From: a virus
Lineage: Duplodnaviria > Caudoviricetes
Virus record (IMG/VR): IMGVR_UViG_2974731583_000001
Location: 34,668 to 98,667 of that record
Strand: one strand, 5' to 3'
DNA: 64,000 nucleotides
Below, one piece after another: positions 24,501-37,734 of this stretch; the first letter of the stretch is position 1; each line of letters starts with the position of its first letter. Made by a program: the position numbers and the translations under genes. The notes below the pieces were generated by a model, which had not been told where the DNA came from, made no database searches, and saw only the letters and a list, made by a program, of their open reading frames with translations.

Positions 24501-27500
24501 AATATCAGTTGGTTGCAAACGCGTGTGCACAGTTAGATTATATGGTCGATCGCGTTAAAAACTATAAGATTTCTTCAAACGCAAGTGGAGAAAAGCTATA
24601 GGAATACCACAAACTAATTGAAGATTTTGTATCTAGACTGCATTATGCACAGAAGTTAGTAAACAGATATATATATCACACTCTTCCTGCTAGCAATCAA
24701 CAGGACATGACTTAGGAGTTGCGATTGATTTATAACGCAATCATAATACTAAAAGACCTTCAGCATAAAAAAAATACTGGCCTTAGTAATAAAGTTCCAT
24801 ATTTCTTGATGGATACAACTTTTATTAATCTTGGAAACATACTTGGTAGTTATGTAAGAGATTCTAAAAGTGGACAACATATGTATTCAATACCAAACTC
24901 AATAAACATAATGAATGCATATACAGTATAGCTGGAAATATATATCGAACAGTTTGAAGATATGACTGAAGAAGATTTCTCTGAAAACTTCGGTGAGTCT
25001 AGAGAAATGTTTGAGTTTTATGGGTCTGTTATGAACCATAACGTAAAACAGTGTTTGGACAATGCTACGCTTTGCCTTACAGAAGCAAGTAAAATGAATT
25101 TAGATAGAGATTCAGTATTTGCATCGTCTTATCGAGATTTACAACGCACTTTACCAATATTACAGAATATATATGAAAGATTTACCGGAGAAAGAGGAAT
25201 GTTTCATAATGTAGACGATCCGTGGTATTAGGAAGCGCAAGCCGATATAAATGAGATAAATGCACTTGTTCCAGATGGTTATAACTTAAAACAATATACA
25301 GATCCTAGATCTCCATATGGAGCGTTCTATCCAGATATTTTTGCAATGCAGAAAGGTTCGTGGCAACATATGTCTAAATATCCAGACTTATTAGACGATG
25401 TAGAAATTGTTGGAGAACGTTATGTTAGAGATCCAAAAGCTAAGCCTACAACAAATAAAACTATAATACAGCTGTTCCGTAAAAAAGACGGAACTTTATG
25501 CTTATATATAGAATATAATAAGGCTAAAGATAAAACTACAGGAGAGCCACAAAAGCAGTTTGCGTATTTACCATTTACAGAATCTTTAGTAACGCCAGAC
25601 GGTGTAAAAAGAAGTGGTATATCAGAAAAGGGAATGGAAAACCTTGAGATACATGACGAAGCTATAAGAAGATTGGTTCAGTATATAAAAATTCCGTTGG
25701 ATTATGTAATAAAAAATCCGGCATACGTTCTTTCATTTTCTGTAGATTTGGATAGAGGAACTATTACGTATGATGGAGATAATTTTCACCCTATAACAGA
25801 ATTTGCATTTGCTGACAAAGAAAATGATCACAACTTGTTTGATATACAAGTTGGAACAGAACATAGAATTGGTTTTGTATCTCAATTCAAATAGGGCGAA
25901 TTTAGTAAAAAATATACTATTACTGGTACAGATTTAAAATCGTCTATTGGTTTTAGTATAAACAACACGGAGGCAGACAATCGAGGAATAATGAACGGTA
26001 ACTTGGTGTATTTCTATGCATATGATAAGAACCCAAAACACCACATTCCATTGAAGATAGAAAACGCAAAAGCTGCACCGTTTGCAGAATTTATTGCAAC
26101 CCTTGTAGGAAATATGGCTTCTGGCGATGAACGGACAAAAGAAGGATTCAAAATAGCCGATTTGTTGGATATGTTGATATATACCAAAGAACACACTCTC
26201 GACGTTGGATATGGAGACGGTGTTGTTCAGTTGAATGGTGAACGTTTTGAAAACATAAACAACGATATGGTACAAAGAAAGGCGTTCATAGAAGCTGTTT
26301 CTAAATTATATACTACCGTTACTGCAGAAATTGCAAACAGACGTCTTGGAGATCTTGCAAAAGAATCTGGTAAAATATACAGCAAAATTTATTAGCTTTT
26401 AAAGAGAAGCGGTAAAAACGAAATACAACTTCCAAACGGTCTTACTTTTACAGTAGATGACTTTGAACACGATGGACATGGTTCTACAGTTTTGGGATAT
26501 ATGTTCAGAAACAACCTGCTTGGTACAAGTGCTGTAGGAAGTGGTTATAGACAGTTGTATATAAAAGATATCAAGTTAGTTAAAGCTGCTGATATCAATA
26601 AGCCTGTAATAAAACCAAACGTTCAAGAAGAAATATCTGATGTTGCTAGTGGAAGCGATTTGGACTTTTTGTTTATGACAACCAAGTCCGCAGAAGGAAA
26701 GATTGTAAATCGAACAAAAGAAGAAGTATCTGAGTACGAAAAACTTGCAAAACAATATTTTAAACAAGTGTTTGGAGACGATGCTGGTGTAATGGTGTCT
26801 AGAGAAAATACAATATTTTTACGTACTGCTACAGAAACTCTTAGTGTTCTTGGATATTGTACATCTAAGCTTGCAGTATTATCACAACACGCTCCAGAAG
26901 AAGCAATTTGGCACGAGGCTTTCCACAGATTGATGGAGCTTGTATTGCCAGCAAACGTGCGAGACGAGTTTTATGAAAGATATAAAGCCAAATTTGGTAA
27001 CAATCTTACGGATGTAGAAGTAGCAGAAGGCCTTACTGACCTTTTTGTAAACTATAGACACAAGTTAACTACACAAGGATCTACCAAATGGTATACAAAA
27101 CTATTAAAGTGGTTTAAAGTAATTAGCGCTCAGATAGATTTAACAAAGCAAGTAGGTTTTAGAAATGCATTAAAGCTTGGAACACTGTACTATAAGTTTG
27201 AACGTGGAAAATATAAGGGTGCCAACATAGCAAAAGAAAATATAGAAAGATTTGTTAAAAAGTTTGGTGACGAGTTGCACTATGAATACAACGGAGTAAA
27301 GCTCAATAATTTCTCTACTTCAGACGATATGCATCAAATGGCGAAAGCGCTTTCATATTATATTGTAAGTAGTATTTAGCGAAACGATCCATATGTAAAC
27401 TTTAGCGTTACTGTAGATGATATGGTACTCAATCATATACCAGAAAAGACAAGACGTCAACTTATGGAATACGGTAATAACTCTTCAACACCAGAAAAGT

Positions 27501-30500
27501 TTGCTGATGTAAGAGCCGCATATAAAGAGATTTTTGAGTCTGCAGAACGTGTAAAAAAGGGTAAGGATGGAAAAGAGATAACCGAAACATATTATCCTAA
27601 GTTTGTTGCTATACAGCGAGAAGTTGCAAACAATATAGCAGCCCTTACTGGAGATTATGAAGAAAAATTTGACATAGAGAATACAGTAAGTGATGGCTAT
27701 GAGGAAGATGAACAAGGAAAGCATATCGATAAGTTTGATTCTAGTGCATACGAGTTTAACCGTTTGTCAAAAGCTGGAAAAAAAGTAAAGATGTTTTTGG
27801 CTACTATTCCTTATATGCAGAAAACAGACGGACCCAGCGGTATAGGATTTGTATTTACAAAAAATAAATACCTTTCTCCACAATATATTCCAATGCAACA
27901 GGTGTTCAACGATCTTGTTGAAAATCTTAATTACTGTACTAGTGTAGAAGAATTTGAAGATGGTCTTAAACGATTAGCAGAAATAAAACCAGAGTATAAG
28001 TATATCTTAGGAAAATACTCTAAACTGCTTGATGAAGCTTACGGTAAAAACAGAAATAGAAAAGCTATACGATATTCAGCAGAAGCATTGGCTATTTAGA
28101 TACTGTTAACTGTCCGTAGTCAAAAGATAGATTTCATATATACGTTAGGATAGGATGATACAAGACCTGGTGAAAAGCGCAATAAAAGAGCTAAGCTAAT
28201 GATAAAGCATTCAAACTCTGATAGAGACAGAACAAGATATGCATCTTCGTGGCAGAACTTTTTAAAGACTGGTCAGTCTGGTATGATAAGTCCTATACAA
28301 ACAGGAGGAATTCTTAGATTTAGCGACGCTTTTGTACGTATTGCAGCAAATAAAAACCCATTCTAGGCAATTGCTGATGAATTACAGCAAATATCTAAAT
28401 TTGTTAACATTGGAGAAAACGAAGTTTCATATACTACGTTCGATGGACAACAAGTTAGATATAATAGAAATAGTGCAGTTTCTATGAGAGCTCTAAAAAA
28501 CAGAGCTATACTTCTGATGAACTACCTTGGTATTCAAATAAATATTGATTCTTTAAATGACTATATTAACAGTAGACTCACAAACAATTTAAGATTAGAT
28601 GTAGAAGTAGACGAAGCTGGTGTGATTGGAAAATGGTTAAGTGATGCGAACGCATAGGTATTTTATACAAACATTGCAAAGTTTGCAAAACAAAGCGACG
28701 ATGGCAGTTGGAAAATATCTGTAAATGGGATTAACGCAGAAGAAAACCTATATTCAAAAAGCAGTTTTGTTCAAAACACAGCAAACTGGCATTCAGATTG
28801 GTATAGAAAATGTCATTCGCAAATGTCTTATGGATTCAATAGTAAAAAATTATATGAAATATCTCAAAACAGTGGAATATCTCATATATTAAAGCAAGTA
28901 AATTCTTGTGACGAAACAAACGAATATTTAAATACTCAATGTGGATTTAATTACAACTTGTCAAAAGACGAAAACGGAAGAGAAATTGGATCTTTAATTT
29001 TTAAGAACCGTAAGCATAATAAAATACACGCAATGACATATATTGGCTCAAAGGGTAATATGCGCGGAGATAAAGGAACAGAGTATTCTAAACAAACCTT
29101 TGTTGATGACTATTATACTAAACTTGAAGCTTTGTCAGAAGGATATTTTGTATTTCCAACTCTTTCCGATAAGAGTACTTATTTAATGTTGAGCGGAATA
29201 GATTTTCCAGGACTACATTGGACAAATAAATATGGTGCTCCATTACAAGAAATGATGCTTCCTAGTAAAGAATTCGGAGGACTTTCTTATGACTTTATTA
29301 TGTTAGATGAACAGTCTGGAGATAAGTATCGTGAGCGTATATTAATTCCTAATGTAGAGCAAGTAGATCAAATGATCGAATATGCTAAGACTGAAATGTA
29401 GGCTATCGAATCGTGTATTGAATTCATGGGCAGCGATAAGTGTAATGAAAAGACGATGATTAAAAACTACCATACTTCTGGAAACGGCCAAAGATTCTGG
29501 TCTTTAACTGAACTATGGATACCAAAGAAAATATCAGGCAGAGAAGATGGAGCACGTAAGTGGGACAGAATAAGTTTAAATAATAAAAACAAAACTCCAA
29601 AAGAGTTATTAAAATTAGCAAAAGAAAACTTCTTTGATCTTGATATAGATTCTCAGCGTTTTATCATGATTTGTACAATGCATCAACAAGTAAAAGAAGA
29701 GCTTAAAAAAAGTATTAATCTTGGCTTGATTAGTGCAGGTGACGTTTATAAGAATCATGAGTGGACACGTACACTGATGAATAAGCATTTGAACAGAGAT
29801 AAGTTGGAGTTGCTAGAAAACGCTATTGAAAAACACTACTATGGAAAAGAAGATTATTTGCCAGAGGAAAAAAGAACATCTGCTCAAGATAGACACAATT
29901 TCTGTGGACCGATTGCAATACAGTGGTATATTACCGATGTATTATATAAGTCGGTAATGTCTGCAGAAGAAACTCTTCGTGTGTTTGCTGGACATCCTGG
30001 TCAATTTAAAGTCAAGTATGATAAAGATGGTTATATAGAAGACAGTACGTTCGATATACAAAAGCGTATTGGTGGTCTTGTTTCTACTGGTGACGATAAT
30101 GCTTAGATACAAGGTTTATCTATGAAATATAGATGTGCTGAAGTAAAAGACTATGAAATAAGCTCATCTGCTGATGCAATGGCTGGTCTTGATGACATGT
30201 TTAAAACGTCACAGATAAACGATATATTTGATTAGCTTGTATTAAAACTCGATGACCACGACAAAGAAGTGGTGTACAAATATTTTGTTAGTATCGGTAA
30301 GGTTGATAAAGTTAGTATGGGTGTTGACGACGGTATAATATATGTTTTAAACAACACTACTGCTGACGAAAAACGAGCATTTGCTGAGGAATTTGATAAG
30401 CTTCTTAATACAGATATGGTCTATAAAATAGACTCTGCTGTACAAAAGGTCCATAAAATGTATACAGATTACTTAAAAGATGATGCTGTAAACGTTGCCG

Positions 30501-33500
30501 ATGGTGCTGCATATATATCGGCCGATATGTGCGAAAGAATGCTTAGGACTAGAGGAGTATATAGTGGAAAAGTAAAACAAGCTTTTGAGTTGCTTAAAAA
30601 CGGTACTGGATGGATGTCTAGCGCAGAAGCATATAAAATAATATACGATGAAATTAACGTTGTGTCTACTAAATATACAGCATATGGATTCAGACCACAC
30701 TTGTTGGCAAACGGAGATTCTGCTTCTGATGGGTATACTCAAGTTTCACCTATGGCCGTAGCGTATTATTACAAGTTTGCATTGTTCCCAATATTTGATT
30801 GTATTGCCACTGGTCCAATGGACGGCATATATAAGAAAATGCAAGCAAAAAACGTAGATATGATGCTTATGACCAGTGCTGTAAAAGTTGGATCACAGGG
30901 AGCTGTTAAATTTAACGGAAAAGAAATACCTGATGATTTTAATGTATACGAGCAAGACCTTGGATTTATAAGAAGACAGTTGGAAACAGATCCAGAAGAA
31001 GGATTCCGGTCACAACTTGGTTCTCAGATGTTAAAGATTGCGTTACAGAATCTACGTACATATAGATCCGCAGACGGAAAATACCCATATATTGCTCCAG
31101 ACGGACGTAGATTATCTGGTCGATAGGTTCTCGACAATATAATGAAGTCTATAGAAATGTTATCTTCTATTGGAGAAGAGAATCTTCTTGACAAGTTATC
31201 TACAAATGGAGAAATAGATGAGACCAAGCTCGCTAAATTTTTATATTCTCAGTTGTCTGGAAAAGGTGCAAACCAAAACCAGCTTAAAATGCTTAAGACT
31301 ACTAACGGTAAGATGAAAATTCCATTGGCTGCATCTTGTGACGCAAGCTGGATTGAAAGTATCGTACACTCTTAGGTTTATAAAAAGGTTATTGGCGTTT
31401 CTACACCAGGAACATCTTACATTCAACGTTCTGTTTTTGCAACAGAAGGTTCAGAAGCAGCGAAAAAGCTGTATAATGGAAAACCGTTGATGATAAAGAA
31501 CAACAAAAACAGCATGGACTGTGTTTTGTCTATGGATTTCTTCGATAATATTTTCTTCAAGCAGCTGCGCGGAAAATCTTTTGATCAAAAACGAAAGTGG
31601 CTTATTGATAATGGTATTATAGGAGAAGATGCAGATCCTCTTGTTATAGGATACCGTATACCTACGCAGGCTATTTCTTCTATAAGTGCATTACGTTGTG
31701 TAGATGTAATTGCTGCTACAAAGACAACAGTTGTGTTACCAAAAGAGTTTACGAAAATAACTGGATCTGACTTTGATATTGACCACTTGTATTTAGCCAC
31801 ATATAATTTTTAGATTGTAGATGGTAAAGTAACAAGGCAATTCGACCCACATCCAACTAAAAAAGTAAAACAAAAGGATGATTCTGGAAACGAGGTAGAA
31901 GTAGAAGTAAGAGATATAAACGCAGAAGAGAAATATTGGCAAAATGAGTTGTTAAATATGTACATGGCAACTCTTACAGACCACGTAAACTCTGGGCACC
32001 TACTTCTAAAATCAATCGATAACGATACAGTTCTTCCAAAAAGCGTTGCGGATTAGATAGAACCTACTGGAAGTACAAAAAGACTTGCTTATAACTTTGG
32101 ATCTTTACACGAACAAACAGATAGAAAAAATGACTATATTACTGGTAAATTTGGTATTGGCCCGTTTGCGTTAAATGTGACAAACACCGTATTGACATAG
32201 TTGTATAATGTTACATTTAGAAATGACGATGAGTTTGCAAAGGCAGCTGGAATACAAAACTTCAACTTATATATAGATAACGATGGAGACTATGTTTCTT
32301 CGTGGATGTCTGCGTTTATTAATGCTCATGTGGATATTGTAAAAGACCCGTGGATATCAAAGTTGTGTGTAAATACGTATACATATAACATGTTGAACTT
32401 GCTTATTCGTGCTGGATTTGGAGAAGCAGCTGTATGGTTTGTTTCTTAGCCTATAATAAAAGAGTTGGCTATGGCTAAAGAAAAGAAAAAGACTCGTTTA
32501 TTTTAGGGAACTGAAGATAGTAAAGTAAAGCCGTATGAAAATGCTCTTGCCAAGTTTGGTTTATTTATAAGAAGAGAAGAAATGAACCTTATAAAAGCAA
32601 TAGGTAGTGATCCGTTAAAAGCGGCTGGACTTATAAACTATAGTCGTATTGCATATGAAGAAGCAGAAAAAAACAAGGATACCAAAGAAAACAAAGACAA
32701 ATCCAATTCTTATGAAGACATCATAGGTAAATCTATGGACCCAAACGATAAAGGAGTAGCCACAGGTGTCGAAGACTTTGGAAAAGCCGTACGTGAGGTT
32801 TTAAATAATATTAGTGTTCTTAAAGAAGGCGCTATTCACGGTGTTAATGAAAATTACAAAAAAATGTAGCTTGATGTATATAAGGCTTGGGTTTTATTAG
32901 AGCCGTATGCAAATGCACTTGGAGATTTTGTACAATACACGAAAGTAGATACAAAAAAGTGTGGAAAAAGTTTTGCTGGAGTCTCTGCTTATTATAAAAA
33001 GTATAAAAGTCTTTCTGATCCAAAGACGTCTAAGTTTGATCAAGAGTCGCTTAGTCGCTTACTTCATAGTTCTTGGATAGATGCTAAAACAAACCGCATT
33101 TTTAGAATACCTCGGCGTATTTTAGGAAAACAATCTTTTTATGCAACTAACTTTGTCGATGAAATTGTATCTCGCGTTTGTACAATGAGAAACAATTATT
33201 CAGAAGATTTTGCAAAATCTGTTACACGAGCTGTAGTTACAGCATTAAAACAGCGTTATTTTGTTGACTATTATTACGATGTAAACGGGAAAACTTCAGA
33301 AACTAATATAAACGATTTATTCTTTGGTGAAAATAGTATAAATAAATAGCTTTCACAAATAATTTCTGCTATAGATACAAATCCAAAATATAAGCATTTA
33401 AAGTATAACGAACTTATATCTTAGTTGTATGCAGTGCCTAGCAATATAGTAGAAGATAGTACCACAGATTCCACATCGAGTGAGTTTACTCCAGCGTTTA

Positions 33501-36500
33501 TTACTTTAAAAAGCAACGTTGATGATAGTAAACTCAACGAAGATGATATCATAATGGGCTGGCTTTCGCTTTTACAAGACGACAATCCAGAAATAGTCAA
33601 GTTTGCAAAAAATCTTGTTATATATGCACAACTTACATCCGGAGAATACAGAAGCTGGAATAATCTTGTAAAATTTATTCCAGCTGAATGGGTCGCCGGC
33701 GAATGTGACAACGACAATACTCTTCCGTCTTTTGCAGACTGGTGCAATATGTTACTTATACGCGGTATTTATTCTGGTGGCATAGATGTTCTTATGGATA
33801 AGATTATGCAAAACAATATGGACGAAGATATGATACCAGATGTTTCACATAACAGTGATTATAGTATTAAAGACGGGGATCTAACATTTAGAGATGATAA
33901 CGAAACGGGTAAATCTCCACAAGAATACGTAATGCACGACGGAAAATTATATTCCGTATTGGTACAAACTGAGGATGGTTATATTTACGAAGAATTACCA
34001 CGTCTTGGATTTAATATAAACGGATTTCATATCTATGAATATGCATTTGACCTTCCAGAAGGTGCACACATCGAAAATAATGCAGCCGCACTCCCAGAAC
34101 AAGATTCAGAGCAGGTTTTGCCAGAAACATCACAACAAATAGATAATTCTCGTATAGCAAACGTTTTCTTTGGCGCTAAAGAAAACCCACAACTGAGTAA
34201 CTTTGCCAATAGACCGTTTAGTGCGAAATTCGGTAAGATGGAAAGCGCTAAATTCTATAACGTAGAACAGTATTTCCAAGCAACAAAAATGTTGTATATT
34301 AGAAACTACATAGAATACAAGTTTGGAAAAGATAATCCAGAAGTAAAGCAGTTATCTGCCGATATAAACAATATAATAAAGCAAATTCTTGCTACAAACT
34401 CTCCATATGTTGCAAAAGAGTTTGGTTCTACTAGAATTGGTAGTAATTTGTCTGTGGAAATACAAAACGCAATTTCTGGTTACTTGTCTGAGCATTGGGA
34501 CAAATATCGCGCTTAGGAGGTAATGTATCGTGGAATTAAGAAGTCGTTTGAACAAAACGAAGGTGCTAGAAATGAATTAACAACTAAATATAAAGATTCT
34601 ATCTTCACTCATGATGACAGAAAAGGTAATAGAAACAATCCCTGGTTGTATAAATTCCCACAACTGCTTACTTAGGTTAGAGACGAGTTCTTAAACGGCG
34701 GCTAGACCACAGGTGGTACAGGAAATATTTCCCTAAATTCTTATATTTAGGTACATAATGGCGATTGGACCAGAGAAGAAGCGGAAGACAATAACAAAAC
34801 TCTTTATATATTTACAGACAACACCGACAGAACTAGCGGTACACAAAAAGTAGATTCCCGTTCTCCGTATGCACGTAAATATGCAAATGGCAATACGTTG
34901 TATTATCCTACTAGAACCCAAGCTGTTCTTAGAGGATTACCAAATGCTATGCCAATTAGTACACAACGTTGGTATCATGAGGGAGCGAAAGGTGCTGCAG
35001 GAGTTTGGACTGATGACGCAGTAGAAGAGTTTAAGAACGTGGTTAGAGCAGAATTACAAGATATCGTTAATGAATTTAAAACAGGAAAGTACGACAAAAT
35101 TATGGTCGGAAATAAAGACGGATTCTTTAATTCTTATATCTCTGACATATCACTAGCAAGATGCCCTAAAATATATAATGCTCTTAAAGAACTGCTTATA
35201 GAATTTGGAATGGATAGTCTTGTTCCTAAAAACGATACTGCTGAACAAGCATAGTTTGATCAAAATCATTTGCTAGATCAGTCTGTTTTAGAAGATGCAA
35301 TGCAAACAGAAGAGTTTTCTGAGCGAGCAATTGAAGATTTTAATAAGAAAGTAGATCGAGGTGTTTCGTTAGAAAATGCTATAAAGAGTGTCGAACCTTT
35401 CTTTACACAAGACGAGCTTACTGAAATAGCAAAACGTGGACAGGGAGCAAAAGTGTGGGTAAAGAGTGTATCTAGACATACAGATCCTGTATTTTTTGCT
35501 AAAAAGTTCTTAGATTTTGTAAAGCAGAACGACAAAAAGCCAATGTCAGACAGCAGTAGATTCCTTGCTACAGAAATCTGGACTAAACATGATGGAGAAC
35601 CGCTTGCTCAGATACTTGAAGCATGTAAAAAGTATAGAATTGCTCCAATGGTTTCGTTTAGTATTACTGGTCTCGGTGGCGGTCCACTGGAGCCTGGTGT
35701 TATGAAGTACAACGATCTGTTAGATAGAATAGAAGCTCTTATTGTAAACGGACATCTTGATCCAAGAACTACTACTATAAGAATAGATCCGATACTCGTA
35801 GGTTATACTAAATATGAAGATATTGTAAACATAGTAACTAGATGTAAATCTATGGGAATTCATAAGTTTGTAACATCCGTGGTACAGTCATACCATTACA
35901 CTACTGGTTGGAAAGAAAGAGAAGTTGTTGGAAAGAACGGTAAACCATTTACGGTACTTGGCGATAGAAAAGTGGTAAGTGGAATAAACAACGCCCTTGC
36001 TTCTGTACAACAGCAATATAACTGGGATGAATTTTATGGTAAAATTACACAAGAAGATGTAGACGCATGGAATAAATTCAAACAAGAAAACCCAGGAACA
36101 GATGTTGTTGTAAAAGCAATACAAGCTGGTATACGATCTATTCCAACTGCAGCAAAGCTTGGACAGTATCATCATACGGTTAAACCAGAAAAGCTTAAGG
36201 AACTTGCTAATGTACTTAATGAACTTAACCAAGATCCAAATATAGAAATTGAAACATGTTCGTTCTATATACCAGGTCTTAAATATTCAGCGTGTCTTGA
36301 TCCGGATATACTTGCAGCTGCTGTAGGCACAACAGAAGGTATTATGGACGAAAGTGGCGATTATGCTAGAAACGAAACACGTCCAGAATGCTGTTGTTTC
36401 AAATATAACAGTGACTTGTTAGGATATAGCGATCAATGTCCAAGTATGTGCGCATATTGTTATGGCGGTCATTCAGACGATGTTATAGATCAACAATATA

Positions 36501-37729
36501 GATATTATGACGAAAATGGAAACTTAAAGGATAATATATTTACTAGAGTACCAACATCAAACTTTAAAGGACACGACAGAATATTTAACGCTGTTCATAC
36601 AAAAGACATCGTTATTGTTTCTGGAGGTGCTTATGGCGGTGATACGTTGTGGCACGAACGAGCTCTTGTACACGGTGCTTCTGTAAACAACATACACCAT
36701 TTAGTTGCTGCTGATAATACGCAACAAGTACCAACGAATATAAAATATTCTGCACAGATGGTATATGATTATAATGGAATGTCTAGACCAGAAGTTAAAA
36801 GTAAATCTACGTTCGACGCAATATTGAATGGAGAACGTATGGCTACGACAAGATATGCTTCATAGGGGCATCTCGACGATTGGAAATCTTTAAAGGTTGG
36901 TGACTTTGTTTCATTTAGAAGCAACGACGGAAGAAAGCTTTATGTAAGAATAACAAAAGAAGCAACTACTCTTACAAAAGACACTGACGCCGAAGAATGG
37001 TCTAAAAAAGAAGGGTGGTCTACAGAATACTATAAGAAAGAGGTTTTTGATAAACACATTAACAAAAACGACGAGGCTGTTCAAATAGAATATGTGTTAT
37101 ACAATACTACTGTTAAAGCAAAACCAACAGTGAGAAGTAAGCGCCTCATTAATGAGGGTATTTCTCCTTTTGTAGTTTCTGAGGATAGATTATAGATCGC
37201 TAGAAAAGAATTACAAAAGATTACTGGTCGTACTTATAATAACGACTATGTTGGTAATTTGCAAGCTAGAGATTATTATCAAGCTGCTTGGGCAAACGCG
37301 GTTTATGCAATTGCTCCTATAACAGGAGATAAAAAAGGCGTAAAAGGTGGAACAAATTCAGCAGTTCAAACATCAATATATCTTAACAAGCCAACATATG
37401 TTCTTGATATTGCTACAGGTAATTGGTACGTATATTCTAAGAAAGATGGTATATTTATAGAAACACAAACACCAACATTGTCTAATAGATCTGCTCTTGT
37501 TGGATCTAGAACATTAGAGAAATATTCTAAAAAGGATAAAGATGGAACGTATAAAACTACAGATGTACTTGGCGAATATATAGGAGACGATGCAGTTAGG
37601 GCGCTTGTAAAAAAGGTAGATGAAGTATTTGATAAAACTGAGAAAAAAGCCAGTCTTTATGACAAATTACAAATAACTGAAGAAATGGCTATAAAAGCAG
37701 AAGAAGTTAAAAAACATTGTAAAAATTAA
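18569..37729 (+). CDS. Giant virion-packaged RNA polymerase polyprotein, 6,386 aa, about 37 in-frame TAG
   Basis: All 22 + strand track ORFs in this frame from 18569 to 37729 join up; gaps contain TAG only. crAss vRNAP motifs: ADGAAYIS, PGTSYIQRS, GYRIPTQ, catalytic GSDFDID (DFDID 31769-31783), GKFGIGPFALN, FINAHVDIVKDP, FVS*PIIKEL. Zincin HEAFH at 26912-26926. Confidence 0.9.
34150..34690 (+). other. NADAR (YbiA-like) domain within the vRNAP polyprotein
   Basis: LSNF...PF; F.NVEQYFQA.K; IL.T.SP..AK..G; WD.....VM..G.K..F.QN......L; W...F..LL..VR is the NADAR motif series. Confidence 0.75.
35450..36480 (+). other. DUF1848-like (radical-SAM-related) domain within the vRNAP polyprotein
   Basis: SRHTDP; WTK; FSITG.G...LEPGV; IRIDPI; IETC; CLDP; R.ECCC...D...Y..QCPSMCAYCY, with CxxxCxxC at 36437-36460. 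Confidence 0.7.
36600..37640 (+). other. SLOG-superfamily domain interrupted by an ASCH-like domain (~36745-37100)
   Basis: SLOG halves IVSGGAYGGDTLW ... ARD.......VYAI.......GGT..AV......KP..V.D. Insert FDAILNGERMATTR...LKVGD.V.F......YVRITK...W..KEGW is an ASCH signature. Confidence 0.65.
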
Positions 37730-37734
37730 TAAAT

